This document shows positions 50,016 to 58,958 of a stretch of 64,000 bases of DNA, one piece after another (position 1 is the stretch's first letter; each line of letters opens with the position of its first letter). Position numbers and translations under genes: made by a program. This DNA is from Minisyncoccota bacterium. GTDB lineage: Archaea > Nanobdellota > Nanobdellia > Pacearchaeales > GW2011-AR1. The notes beneath the pieces are model-generated. The model had not been told where the DNA came from, searched no databases, and saw only the letters and a list, made by a program, of their open reading frames with translations. The stretch lies in assembly GCA_035453125.1 (NCBI GenBank), contig DAOTCN010000001.1:85061-149060 (forward strand). The letters run 5' to 3'.

Positions 50016-50135
50016 ATGGCAAATAAAAACATTGACTATGAGGAAGATTTTGATGAAGATTCAGATCTTGATATGAAAGATCTGGATGTTGAAGAGGATG
50101 TTGATTTTCCTGTAGATCTAAGTGACATTGATTAA
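50016..50135 (+). CDS. 39-aa highly acidic peptide (not in ORF track)
   Basis: MANKNIDYEEDFDEDSDLDMKDLDVEEDVDFPVDLSDID; followed by T-tracts. Confidence 0.5.
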   Translation: MANKNIDYEEDFDEDSDLDMKDLDVEEDVDFPVDLSDID

Positions 50136-50221
50136 CAATTAGTCTTTCTTTTTCTTTTTTTCTTTTTTATAAAATATAGCAGTATACTAAATTATTTAAA
50201 TGAATTATATTTTAAGTTTTT

Positions 50222-51406
50222 ATGTTAATTGGTTTAGTTGGAAAGCCTAATGTTGGTAAATCGACATTTTTTAAAGCAGCAACTCTTGCAAATGTTCTTA
50301 TTGCAAATTACCCCTTTGCAACAATAAAACCTAATCATGGTATGGCTTATGTTAAAATTGATTGCATTGATAAAGAATTAAATACTCAATGTATGCCTCG
50401 TGCAGGATATTGTGTTAATCATCAAAGATTTGTTCCAGTTGATTTAATGGATGTTGCAGGTCTTGTTAAAGGTGCTAGTGAGGGAAAAGGACTTGGAAAT
50501 CAGTTTTTAGATGATTTGAGGCAGGCAGATGTTTTTATACAAATTGTTGATGTTTCTGGAGAGACTGATGAAGAAGGAAAAACAACTTCAAATTATAATC
50601 CTGTACAAGATGTTGAAATGCTTGAAAATGAACTTGATTTGTGGTATACTGGAATATTAAAAAAAGTTTGGAAAACATTTTCAAGAACAGTTCAAAGCAC
50701 TAATGAAAATTTTGCTTTAGCTATTGCAAAGCAATTTTCCGGATTGAATGTTCATGAAGAAGATGTTAAGAAAGTTATTTTGAAGCTGGGTTATGATGTT
50801 TCAAAACCAGCAAATTGGACAGATGAACAACTAATGGAATTTTCACATGAGTTAAGACATCATACAAAACCAATGATAATTGCTGCAAATAAAATTGATA
50901 GGCCTCATTCTAAAGAAAACTTAGAAAAATTAAAAGAAGAATATATTGATTTAATAATAACTCCTTGTAGTTCTGATTCTGAACTTGCATTAAGAGAAGC
51001 AAGTAAGGCTGGAATGATTGATTATATTCCTGGAGATAAAGAGTTTAAAATAATTAAAGAATTGAATGAGAAACAAAAAGAAGCTTTGGATACAATTAAG
51101 AAAAACGTTTTAGAGGTTTATGGTTCTACAGGTGTTCAGGATATTTTGAACAAAGCTGTTTTTGATTTACTTGGATATTTTGCTGTTTTTCCAGCAGGAG
51201 TTCACAAACTTGCAGATAGTAAAGGAAATATTCTTCCAGATTGTTTTTTAGTTCCACCAGGAACAACTGCTTTGGATTTTGCATTTAAACTTCATACAGA
51301 TATTGGAAATAATTTTGTTAAAGCAGTTGATGTTAGGACAAAACAAGCTGTTGGTAAAGATCATAAGTTAAAGCATCGGGATGGTATAGAAATTCTAACG
51401 AGATAG
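50222..51406 (+). CDS. ychF: YchF/Obg-family ribosome-binding ATPase/GTPase
   Basis: GKPNVGKST, NYPFATI, DVAGLV.GA..GKGLGNQFL, NKID, TGS domain. Confidence 0.93.
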   Translation: MLIGLVGKPNVGKSTFFKAATLANVLIANYPFATIKPNHGMAYVKIDCIDKELNTQCMPRAGYCVNHQRFVPVDLMDVAGLVKGASEGKGLGNQFLDDLRQADVFIQIVDVSGETDEEGKTTSNYNPVQDVEMLENELDLWYTGILKKVWKTFSRTVQSTNENFALAIAKQFSGLNVHEEDVKKVILKLGYDVSKPANWTDEQLMEFSHELRHHTKPMIIAANKIDRPHSKENLEKLKEEYIDLIITPCSSDSELALREASKAGMIDYIPGDKEFKIIKELNEKQKEALDTIKKNVLEVYGSTGVQDILNKAVFDLLGYFAVFPAGVHKLADSKGNILPDCFLVPPGTTALDFAFKLHTDIGNNFVKAVDVRTKQAVGKDHKLKHRDGIEILTR

Positions 51407-51537
51407 AATTTCTAATTTTCGATTTAAGAGATTAAATTTAAAATATAGATATTTTAATAAGGTAAAATCTTTTAATCTTTTATTTGAGATAAATCTTATG
51501 TTTAAAATAATTATTAGAGAATATTATAAAAATTAAA

Positions 51538-51759
51538 ATGTTAATAAAAGTAAAAGCAAAGCCAAATTCAAAAAAGCAAAGTGTTGAAACTGATGGAGAA
51601 TATGTTGTTGTTTCTGTAAAAGAAGCTCCTGAAGATAACAAAGCAAATATTGCAGTTATAAAAACACTTGCAAAATACTATAATGTAGAACAAAAAAGTA
51701 TAAAAATCAAATCTGGTTTGAGAAACAAGATTAAACTGATTGAAATTGCAGTTAATTAA
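51538..51759 (+). CDS. DUF167/UPF0235 (YggU-like) protein
   Basis: VKAKPNSK..APEDNKAN..LAKYY..IKSG...K. Confidence 0.85.
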   Translation: MLIKVKAKPNSKKQSVETDGEYVVVSVKEAPEDNKANIAVIKTLAKYYNVEQKSIKIKSGLRNKIKLIEIAVN

Positions 51760-51780
51760 AATTAATAAAAAAGAGACAAG

Positions 51781-52002
51781 ATGGTTAGGATAATAAATAT
51801 TAGAGTAAGAAGAGGAGATATGAAAAGAAGTATTGAAAATTTTGGATCTGGAAGATTTCTTGTAAGAGTTGGTGGAAAAACAAATGAAGAAATAAATAAA
51901 GAAGTTGTTGAGATGCTTTCAAGATATTTAGGGCATCCAATGAATAGAATTGAGTTAATTGGTGGTTCTGAAGCTGAAGATAAAGTTTTTCAACTTGTTT
52001 AG
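51781..52002 (+). CDS. Divergent DUF167-like protein
   Basis: Same size and pattern (IN..V..LSRYLG..IELIGG...K) as the upstream gene. Confidence 0.55.
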   Translation: MVRIINIRVRRGDMKRSIENFGSGRFLVRVGGKTNEEINKEVVEMLSRYLGHPMNRIELIGGSEAEDKVFQLV

Positions 52003-52062
52003 TGTTCTTGTAGATTAATTAATTTAATTGTTTATATTGATGTTTAATTAAAAGAGGTAAAA

Positions 52063-52500
52063 ATGGCAATAAAATATCAATTTGATTCAGAATTACAAAT
52101 AAGAGCAGAAGAAATTTCAAAAGTTTTGTTTCCACATGTAAAACTTGATAGAGTGAAATGTTTTAGAAGTAAAGGAAGTGGTGCAAGAAGAACGATTGCA
52201 AGATGCCATACAATTGGAAAGCTAATGCAAAAGACAATTGGATGTGAAGCTCATTATGCTCTTGAATTTATTTCAGAAAGATTTGATAAAATGTCTTATG
52301 AAGAACAAACTAAAGTTATAATCCATGAACTTATGCATATTCCCTTTTCGTTTGGGGGTGGATTTAAACATCATGATTGGGTTTGTGACAAAAATATAAA
52401 TGTAATGTACAAACAGTTTCTGAATTCAAAGTCTAATTTAAATAATTCGAATTTTACTAATACTTTTAACAATGAAAATAGAAATAAGTCTTGGTGGTAA
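52063..52500 (+). CDS. Putative zinc metallopeptidase
   Basis: IIHELMHIP..HH motif. Confidence 0.75.
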   Translation: MAIKYQFDSELQIRAEEISKVLFPHVKLDRVKCFRSKGSGARRTIARCHTIGKLMQKTIGCEAHYALEFISERFDKMSYEEQTKVIIHELMHIPFSFGGGFKHHDWVCDKNINVMYKQFLNSKSNLNNSNFTNTFNNENRNKSWW

Positions 52501-52831
52501 GAGAATAATTCTTAATAGTATTAAAAAAACAAATTTTTTTAGTAAATTTTCTGGTTTAATGTTTAGAAGAAAAGAGAAATCTAATGTTTTATTGTTTGAA
52601 ACTGGAAAAAGAATTTCAATTCATTCTTTTTTTGTTTTTTTTGAGTTTGTTTGTTTATGGTTAGATAATGAAAATAACGTCCTGGAATGGAAGATTATAA
52701 AACCTTTTTCTGTCAGAGAAATTTCAAATTATAAATTCACAAAAATTATTGAAATTCCTATTAACAGAAAATGCAATGAATTAGTTAATCTTATCGTCGG
52801 AGAAAGGTTTAAAAAGGAAAACCATCTATAA
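52472..52831 (+). CDS. DUF192 family protein
   Basis: GLMFR, IHSFFVFF...WLD, IIEIP. Confidence 0.75.
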   Translation: MKIEISLGGKRIILNSIKKTNFFSKFSGLMFRRKEKSNVLLFETGKRISIHSFFVFFEFVCLWLDNENNVLEWKIIKPFSVREISNYKFTKIIEIPINRKCNELVNLIVGERFKKENHL

Positions 52832-52863
52832 TATATATAATCTTAATAAAAAAGGAGGTAATC

Positions 52864-52989
52864 ATGGGAACTGTATTAGTAAAAAACGCTGTTAAAAGAA
52901 AGCCAGGATATCTTTACTATGTTGATGGTAAAGGAAATGTATGTGAAGCAAAAATGGCTAGAGGCGGAAGAAAAAAGAAAAAGAGATAA
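52864..52989 (+). CDS. 41-aa basic protein resembling CC1-type chromatin proteins (not in ORF track)
   Basis: MGTVLVKNAVKRKPGYLYYVDGKGNVCEAKMARGGRKKKKR; GGAGGT SD; family assignment is from recall of the GYLY(F/Y)VD..G.V..AKMARG pattern. Confidence 0.75.
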   Translation: MGTVLVKNAVKRKPGYLYYVDGKGNVCEAKMARGGRKKKKR

Positions 52990-53049
52990 ATTCTCTTTAA
53001 ACTTTATTTTTTAAATATTTTTTATTTACTATTTCTATTTATTTTTTAT

Positions 53050-53310
53050 TTAATCATTTATTTCAAATAGATGTAAATTTTTTACAGAAACCTTTTTTTC
53101 TAACATTTCTCCTTTTTCTACGTCAATTCTCTCATTAGCTTTTGTTAAACATCCAGAATTTGAATGAGTATAAACTTTGTTTGAGATTGGTTTTAATCCT
53201 GCACTTAAAGTATAAATAATTTCATGATGTAGTGTATTGTTAAGGGAGTTACCACAACCATAACATGTTGCTTCTTTTTTTACTTGATTATATTTTAAAT
53301 TAATTGCCAT
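53050..53310 (-). CDS. Hypothetical protein (CxxC..H..C)
   Basis: 86-aa ORF preceded by the recurrent promoter motif. Confidence 0.55.
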   Translation of the reverse strand: MAINLKYNQVKKEATCYGCGNSLNNTLHHEIIYTLSAGLKPISNKVYTHSNSGCLTKANERIDVEKGEMLEKKVSVKNLHLFEIND

Positions 53311-53434
53311 AATTTTTTAGGATTAGAGTAGTTTATAAACTTTTCGGTTGTTATTATTAATGAGTAGTTACTAAAATTTGTTAAATGATAATTTTTTGAA
53401 ATAGTTTTAAAAAATATATTTCTATTGATTATTT

Positions 53435-54430
53435 ATGTCAGTAATATTAGGTATTGAATCAACAGCACATACATTTGGAATTGGAATTGTAAAAGATGGT
53501 AAAATTTTAGCTAATGTTAAAGAAACTTATACAACCGAAAAAGGAGGAATAATTCCTGTTGAGTCTGCAAAGCATCATGAAAAATTTTGTAAATTACTTT
53601 TGAAAAAAGCTTTTGATGAATGTGGAATGAGTTTTGAAAATGTTAATGCAATTGCATTTTCTCAGGCACCAGGTCTTGCTCCATGTTTGCTTGTTGGTTT
53701 AAGATTTGCAAAGAAAATTTCTAAAGAAAATAATATTCCTCTTGTTCCAGTAAATCATTGCGTTGCTCATCTTGAAATTGGAAGAATTACTGGTGCAAAA
53801 GATCCAGTAATGTTATATGCTTCTGGAGCAAACACACAAATAATTGCTTATGCATCTGAAAAATATAGAGTATTTGGAGAAACATTAGATATTGGTATTG
53901 GAAATTTTATTGATACATTTGCAAGATATACTGGATTAGGTTTTCCAGGAGGACCAAAAGTTGCTGAACTTGCTTTGAAATCAAATTCTGAAAAATACAT
54001 TGAGCTTCCGTATTCGATTAAAGGAATGGATGTTGCTTTTTCTGGAATGTTAACTAAATTAAGACAACTATTTGAAAGAAAACAAGCTACAATTGAGGAT
54101 CTTTCTTATTCACTTCAAGAAACTGCATTTGCAATGCTTGTTGAAGCAAGTGAGAGAGCACTTGCACATACTGGGAAAAAAGAGTTGTTGCTTGGAGGAG
54201 GGGTTGCATGCAATAAAAGACTTCAAGAGATGTGTAGAATAATGTGTGAGGAAAGAGGATGCAAGTTTTTTGTTCCTCCAAATTCTTTGCTTGTTGATAA
54301 TGGTGCAATGATTGCTTATCTTGGAGAAATACAATTTAAGTCTGGAATAAAATTTTCTGGAAAAGAAGCTGACAAACTTGACATAAATCCAAGGCAAAGA
54401 ACTGATCACATCAAAGTTACTTGGAGGTAA
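53435..54430 (+). CDS. kae1: tRNA threonylcarbamoyltransferase Kae1 (KEOPS)
   Basis: LGIESTAH, VNHCVAHLEIG, GETLD, GGGVACN, DNGAMIA. Confidence 0.95.
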   Translation: MSVILGIESTAHTFGIGIVKDGKILANVKETYTTEKGGIIPVESAKHHEKFCKLLLKKAFDECGMSFENVNAIAFSQAPGLAPCLLVGLRFAKKISKENNIPLVPVNHCVAHLEIGRITGAKDPVMLYASGANTQIIAYASEKYRVFGETLDIGIGNFIDTFARYTGLGFPGGPKVAELALKSNSEKYIELPYSIKGMDVAFSGMLTKLRQLFERKQATIEDLSYSLQETAFAMLVEASERALAHTGKKELLLGGGVACNKRLQEMCRIMCEERGCKFFVPPNSLLVDNGAMIAYLGEIQFKSGIKFSGKEADKLDINPRQRTDHIKVTWR

Positions 54431-54528
54431 CTTCGTGGCCTAAAAATCTTAGAGAATTAAAAAGATTTTAAAGATTGGATGTTAAATGGAATTAAAAATA
54501 TAATTATCTTTAAATATAACTTATTTTA

Positions 54529-54789
54529 ATGAATTTGATGGCTTATCAAGTTTCTATTGAATATGATGGATCTTTAGAAAATTTTAGTATGCTTTCTCGT
54601 GTTACAATGACCATTTTAGAATTAATAACTTTAAATGAACGTGAGTTATTAACTGATATGACTGAAAAAGGTTACGGAACAGATAAATATTTACTTTATC
54701 GAATTACGAAAAAAGAAAAAGCTGAAAAGTTTAGAAGAAAAATTATAGAAAAAGGATTAGCTGAAGTTGTTTATGTTGATGAGATTTGA
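54529..54789 (+). CDS. Hypothetical protein
   Basis: 86-aa ORF. Confidence 0.5.
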   Translation: MNLMAYQVSIEYDGSLENFSMLSRVTMTILELITLNERELLTDMTEKGYGTDKYLLYRITKKEKAEKFRRKIIEKGLAEVVYVDEI

Positions 54790-55221
54790 CTAACGTAACG
54801 GAATATCTTTCACTTTTAACCAAGCTTCTAAATCTTTTCTTCTTTGATTATTAATTAATTGGTTTATTGCAAAATTATTTGCATCAGTAGTTAACTCACC
54901 CAATTGTTTGCATTTTTTATATAGAAATTTAACAAAATGGTCTTCAGTTGAATTAATTGTTTCTTCTATACCACTTAAGTTATTTATAATTGTGCTTCTG
55001 TAAACAAATATGTCTATAAAACTTAAATTTGGATAGTTATTTTTATTTGCATTTCTATGATTTATTACCTCTAAAATGTTTTCATGCACGGTTATTTTTC
55101 CTTGAGCTAATAACTTTTTTATCCTTTTTTCAAGAAGTTTATCAAATCTATGATACTTATTTTTTGTTGATTCTGCATATTCAAATGCTTCGCTTATTCT
55201 TTGTTCTGGAATATATTCCAT
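54790..55221 (-). CDS. Hypothetical protein
   Basis: 143-aa ORF. Confidence 0.55.
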   Translation of the reverse strand: MEYIPEQRISEAFEYAESTKNKYHRFDKLLEKRIKKLLAQGKITVHENILEVINHRNANKNNYPNLSFIDIFVYRSTIINNLSGIEETINSTEDHFVKFLYKKCKQLGELTTDANNFAINQLINNQRRKDLEAWLKVKDIPLR

Positions 55222-55295
55222 ATTTTTTTATATTGTTTTTATTATATAAATATTTAGATAGAAATTAATTTAAACTAATTATTTCTTAAGTATAT

Positions 55296-55520
55296 ATGGT
55301 ATTTTGTAAAAAAAAGAATAAAAATGTAGAGAGTAATTGTGGTCATGGATGCAAAGCAGCAGGTTGCGGTGGAGCACTTTATGGACTTGGTTTTGTTGGA
55401 GCATTGATTTACTATGTTTCAAATGCAACAAGTTTTTGGGTTGGTGTTCTTGGAATTTTGAAAGCAATTGTCTGGCCAGCATTTTTAGTTTTTCATCTTT
55501 TGAAATTTATAGGTGCTTAG
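55296..55520 (+). CDS. Small membrane protein
   Basis: YGLGFVGALIYY..FW.GVLGILKAIVWPAFLV. Confidence 0.7.
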   Translation: MVFCKKKNKNVESNCGHGCKAAGCGGALYGLGFVGALIYYVSNATSFWVGVLGILKAIVWPAFLVFHLLKFIGA

Positions 55521-55597
55521 TTTATAAGAAAGATTTATAAAGCTACTTTTGTAATAAATTTTACCGATGAGGTATTAAATAAATATACGGAGGCCAA

Positions 55598-55897
55598 ATG
55601 GACTTCTATACAATTGTTGAAAAAGCAAGAAAAACCGGAAAAATCGAAAAAGGAACTAATGAAGTTACAAAAGCAATCGAAAGAGGAACAGCTAAACTTG
55701 TAGTTGTTGCATCTGATGTTTCACCTAAGGAGATTATTCATCATTTGTCTATTCTTTGTAAGGAAAAAGGAATAAAATATGGTGAAGTTGATAATAAACA
55801 AAAATTAGGGATTTCTGCAGGACTTCCAGTAGCTTGTTCATCTGTAGCAATTATTACATCAGGGGATGCTGAAAAAGATATTGCTGCTTTGAAATAA
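55598..55897 (+). CDS. rpl7ae: 50S ribosomal protein L7Ae (eL8)
   Basis: KGTNEVTKAIERG.AKLVVVA.DV.P.EI..HL..LC.EK. Confidence 0.95.
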   Translation: MDFYTIVEKARKTGKIEKGTNEVTKAIERGTAKLVVVASDVSPKEIIHHLSILCKEKGIKYGEVDNKQKLGISAGLPVACSSVAIITSGDAEKDIAALK

Positions 55898-55926
55898 ATC
55901 ATTAAACTTTATTTGATTTAATTAAA

Positions 55927-56208
55927 ATGCCACCAAAACAAGAACAACAACAGCAAAAGAAAAAAGTATTTACAATTACATCTGGAGAAGCAGTTCCAGG
56001 AGTAGTTGAAGAAATAATTGGAAGAACAGGATTTAGAGGAGAAATTACTCAAGTTAAAGTTAAAGTTATGGAAGGAAGAAATAAAGGAAGATCAATGAGA
56101 AGAAATGTAAAAGGACCTATTCGATTAAGAGATGTTTTAATGTTAAGAGAAACTGAAGTTGAAGCAAGAAAAATAAAGAGCAAAGTTACAAGAGGAGCAT
56201 ATACATAA
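55927..56208 (+). CDS. rps28e: 30S ribosomal protein S28e
   Basis: [13 protein letters not shown]...RNVKGP.R..D.LML.ETE.EAR. Confidence 0.95.
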   Translation: MPPKQEQQQQKKKVFTITSGEAVPGVVEEIIGRTGFRGEITQVKVKVMEGRNKGRSMRRNVKGPIRLRDVLMLRETEVEARKIKSKVTRGAYT

Positions 56209-56209
56209 A

Positions 56210-56650
56210 ATGGTAAAATCAATGCCAAGACCAAAAAAAGGTTATAAACCTATTTTAGAATTATGTGAAGATGTTTTAAATTCGGGGAGTTTTTATTGTG
56301 AATGTAATCATGAGATTTCAGGTATGATAACTAATTATCTTAGAAATTCAGGATTTGATGTTTATTCAGATTTAATTAAAGGAAAAGGTTATCAAGTAAA
56401 CTTTGTAAGAGATTATAATATTTCGCCAGGTAAAAAATATCAAAGAGTAGTTGAAAAATTTGAAGATGCTATTTTAACTGGTACTTTGAGGGTTAATACA
56501 CTTATATTGGAGGATAATTCTTTAGATATTAAGAGTGTTAGAAATGCATTAGGAAATTTAGGTTATACTCCTTGTATTAATCCTGCTGGACAAAATTCTC
56601 ATGAAATTCATTTTTATAAAAGTTTTATAGATTTAGGAGGGAACAAATAA
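56210..56650 (+). CDS. Hypothetical protein with internal duplication, inside the r-protein operon
   Basis: Translationally coupled to rps28e and rpl24e. Confidence 0.65.
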   Translation: MVKSMPRPKKGYKPILELCEDVLNSGSFYCECNHEISGMITNYLRNSGFDVYSDLIKGKGYQVNFVRDYNISPGKKYQRVVEKFEDAILTGTLRVNTLILEDNSLDIKSVRNALGNLGYTPCINPAGQNSHEIHFYKSFIDLGGNK

Positions 56651-56847
56651 TGCCTGCATGTTCATATTGTAAAAGGCATTATGATATTCCAAGAGGATTG
56701 ACTTTTGTATTGTCAAATGGAGATATTTTATACTTTTGTTCTGGAAAGTGTAAGAAAAACTTTGATATGGGAAGAAAATCAGAGAAAAGAAATTGGATAA
56801 TTAAAGAAGACAAAAAACACAAACCTGAAAAAGTTGAAGAACAATAA
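56650..56847 (+). CDS. rpl24e: 50S ribosomal protein L24e
   Basis: CSYC....G..FV..G....FCSGKC.KN...R.....W. Confidence 0.9.
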   Translation: MPACSYCKRHYDIPRGLTFVLSNGDILYFCSGKCKKNFDMGRKSEKRNWIIKEDKKHKPEKVEEQ

Positions 56848-57003
56848 ATTTTAATTCTCGACGTTATTCTTTAGCATTTTATCGACGGAAAATGCTGTTT
56901 TTGACATAGAAAGCTTTTTAAAGCAAGTTTGCCTTTTTGTAAGTAGTAAGAGGGTGAAAATTAAGTAAAAACTAAATTATTCCTCTTTCTGCATAATTTT
57001 AAC

Positions 57004-58902
57004 ATGGCACAAGAAAAAGATAATTATGATGCATCAAGTATCAAAGTTCTTGAAGGTCTTGAAGGTGTAAGAAAAAGACCTGCAATGTATATTGGAAGTA
57101 CTGGAAAAGAAGGTTTACATCATTTGGTTTATGAGATTGTTGATAATTCTGTTGATGAGTGTTTAGCAGGAATTTGTTCAACTATAAGAGTTAGTTTAAA
57201 TAAAGATGGTAGTGTGACTGTTGAAGATAATGGAAGAGGTATGCCTGTAGATATTCATCCAATTTATAAAAAACCTGCTATGGAAATTATTGTTACTAAG
57301 CTTCATGCTGGAGGAAAGTTTGATAGAAAGGCTTATGCTGTTTCTGGAGGCCTTCATGGTGTTGGTATTTCAGTTGTGGCTGCACTTTCTAAGAAAATGA
57401 CTGTAGAGGTTAAGAAAGATGGAAAAATTCATGCTCAGAGCTACCAAATCGGAAATCCGCTCGATTCTGTAAAGGTTATTGGAAGTTGTGAGAAAGCCTT
57501 GACTGGAACAAAAGTAACTTTTTTACCTGATGAAACAATTTTTTCTGTTACTAAGTTTGATTTTAATACTCTTATGACTAGATTTAGAGAAATATGTTTT
57601 TTGAATGCAGGTCTTAAAATAATTTTTACTGATGAAAATTCTGATAAAAAAGAAGAATTTCATTATGCTGGTGGTTTAATAGAATTTGTTAAATGGTTAG
57701 ATCGAGCAAGAAATTCTTTACATAAACCAGTATATTTTAAAAAATCTGCCGAAGATACTGTTGTTGAAGTTTCTTTTGAATATAATGAAGGTTATACTGA
57801 AAATATTTTTGGTTTTGTAAATACTATTAATACTATTGAAGGTGGAACTCATGTTTCAGGTTTTAAAACAGCGTTAACAAGAGCAATAAATGATTATGCA
57901 ACCAAAAAAGGAATTTTAAAAAATGGAGAAAAATTAGAAGGAGATGATGTTAGAGAAGGATTAACTGCAATTATTTCTTTAAGATTAAAAGAACCTCAGT
58001 TTGAAGGACAGACAAAAACAAAACTTGGAAATTCAGAAATTAAAGGTTTAGTTGATTCAGTTGTTTCAACTGCTCTTACAGAATTTTTTGAAGAAAATCC
58101 TTCAATTGCTAGCAAGATTGGTCAAAAAGCAAGTGCTGCACTTAAAGCGAGACAGGCTGCACAGAAAGCAAAAGAGCTTGTTAGAAGAAAAAATGCATTA
58201 GGTATGGGTGGACTTCCTGGAAAATTAGCTGATTGTTCTAGCAAAAAAAGAGAAGAAACAGAGTTGTATCTCGTAGAGGGAGAAAGTGCAGGTGGAACTG
58301 CTAAAGGTGCAAGAGATAAAGAGTTTCAAGCAATTCTTCCATTAAGAGGAAAAATTTTGAATGTTGAAAAATCGAATTCAGTTAAGGCACTTTCGTCTGA
58401 ACAAATTGCAAATTTAGTAACTGCAATTGGAACAGGAGTTGGAGAAGCTTTTGATATTGATAAATTGAGATACCATAAGATAATTGTTATGGCTGATGCA
58501 GATGTTGATGGACAACATATTAAGACTTTATTATTAACTTTCTTTTATAGATATATGCCTCAGTTAATTGAATCAGGACATATTTTTGTTGCTGTTGCTC
58601 CTTTATTTAAAATAAGAAAAGGACAACAAGATTATTATGTTTATTCAGATGAAGAATTGAAGAAGACTTTAGATAAACTTAGTGGAAAGAATGAAGTTAA
58701 TAGATTTAAAGGTCTTGGTGAAATGAATGATGAACAATTATGGGATACAACAATGAATCCTAAAACAAGAATATTAAAACAAGTTTTTGTTGAAGATGCA
58801 ATTGAAGCTGATGAAACATTTAGTATCTTAATGGGTGATTCAGTTGAACCAAGAAGAAGATTCATTGAAGAAAATAGTAAGGAGGCTGAGTTAGATCTTT
58901 AG
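57004..58902 (+). CDS. gyrB: DNA gyrase subunit B
   Basis: VRKRPAMYIG, EIVDNSVDE, LHAGGKF, GGLHGVG, VEGESAGG, PLRGKILN, DADVDG. Confidence 0.96.
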   Translation: MAQEKDNYDASSIKVLEGLEGVRKRPAMYIGSTGKEGLHHLVYEIVDNSVDECLAGICSTIRVSLNKDGSVTVEDNGRGMPVDIHPIYKKPAMEIIVTKLHAGGKFDRKAYAVSGGLHGVGISVVAALSKKMTVEVKKDGKIHAQSYQIGNPLDSVKVIGSCEKALTGTKVTFLPDETIFSVTKFDFNTLMTRFREICFLNAGLKIIFTDENSDKKEEFHYAGGLIEFVKWLDRARNSLHKPVYFKKSAEDTVVEVSFEYNEGYTENIFGFVNTINTIEGGTHVSGFKTALTRAINDYATKKGILKNGEKLEGDDVREGLTAIISLRLKEPQFEGQTKTKLGNSEIKGLVDSVVSTALTEFFEENPSIASKIGQKASAALKARQAAQKAKELVRRKNALGMGGLPGKLADCSSKKREETELYLVEGESAGGTAKGARDKEFQAILPLRGKILNVEKSNSVKALSSEQIANLVTAIGTGVGEAFDIDKLRYHKIIVMADADVDGQHIKTLLLTFFYRYMPQLIESGHIFVAVAPLFKIRKGQQDYYVYSDEELKKTLDKLSGKNEVNRFKGLGEMNDEQLWDTTMNPKTRILKQVFVEDAIEADETFSILMGDSVEPRRRFIEENSKEAELDL

Positions 58903-58958
58903 TGAATGACACCTGCGGTTTCTTACCGCACTACTTTCTCTTATTAACTTAAACAAAA

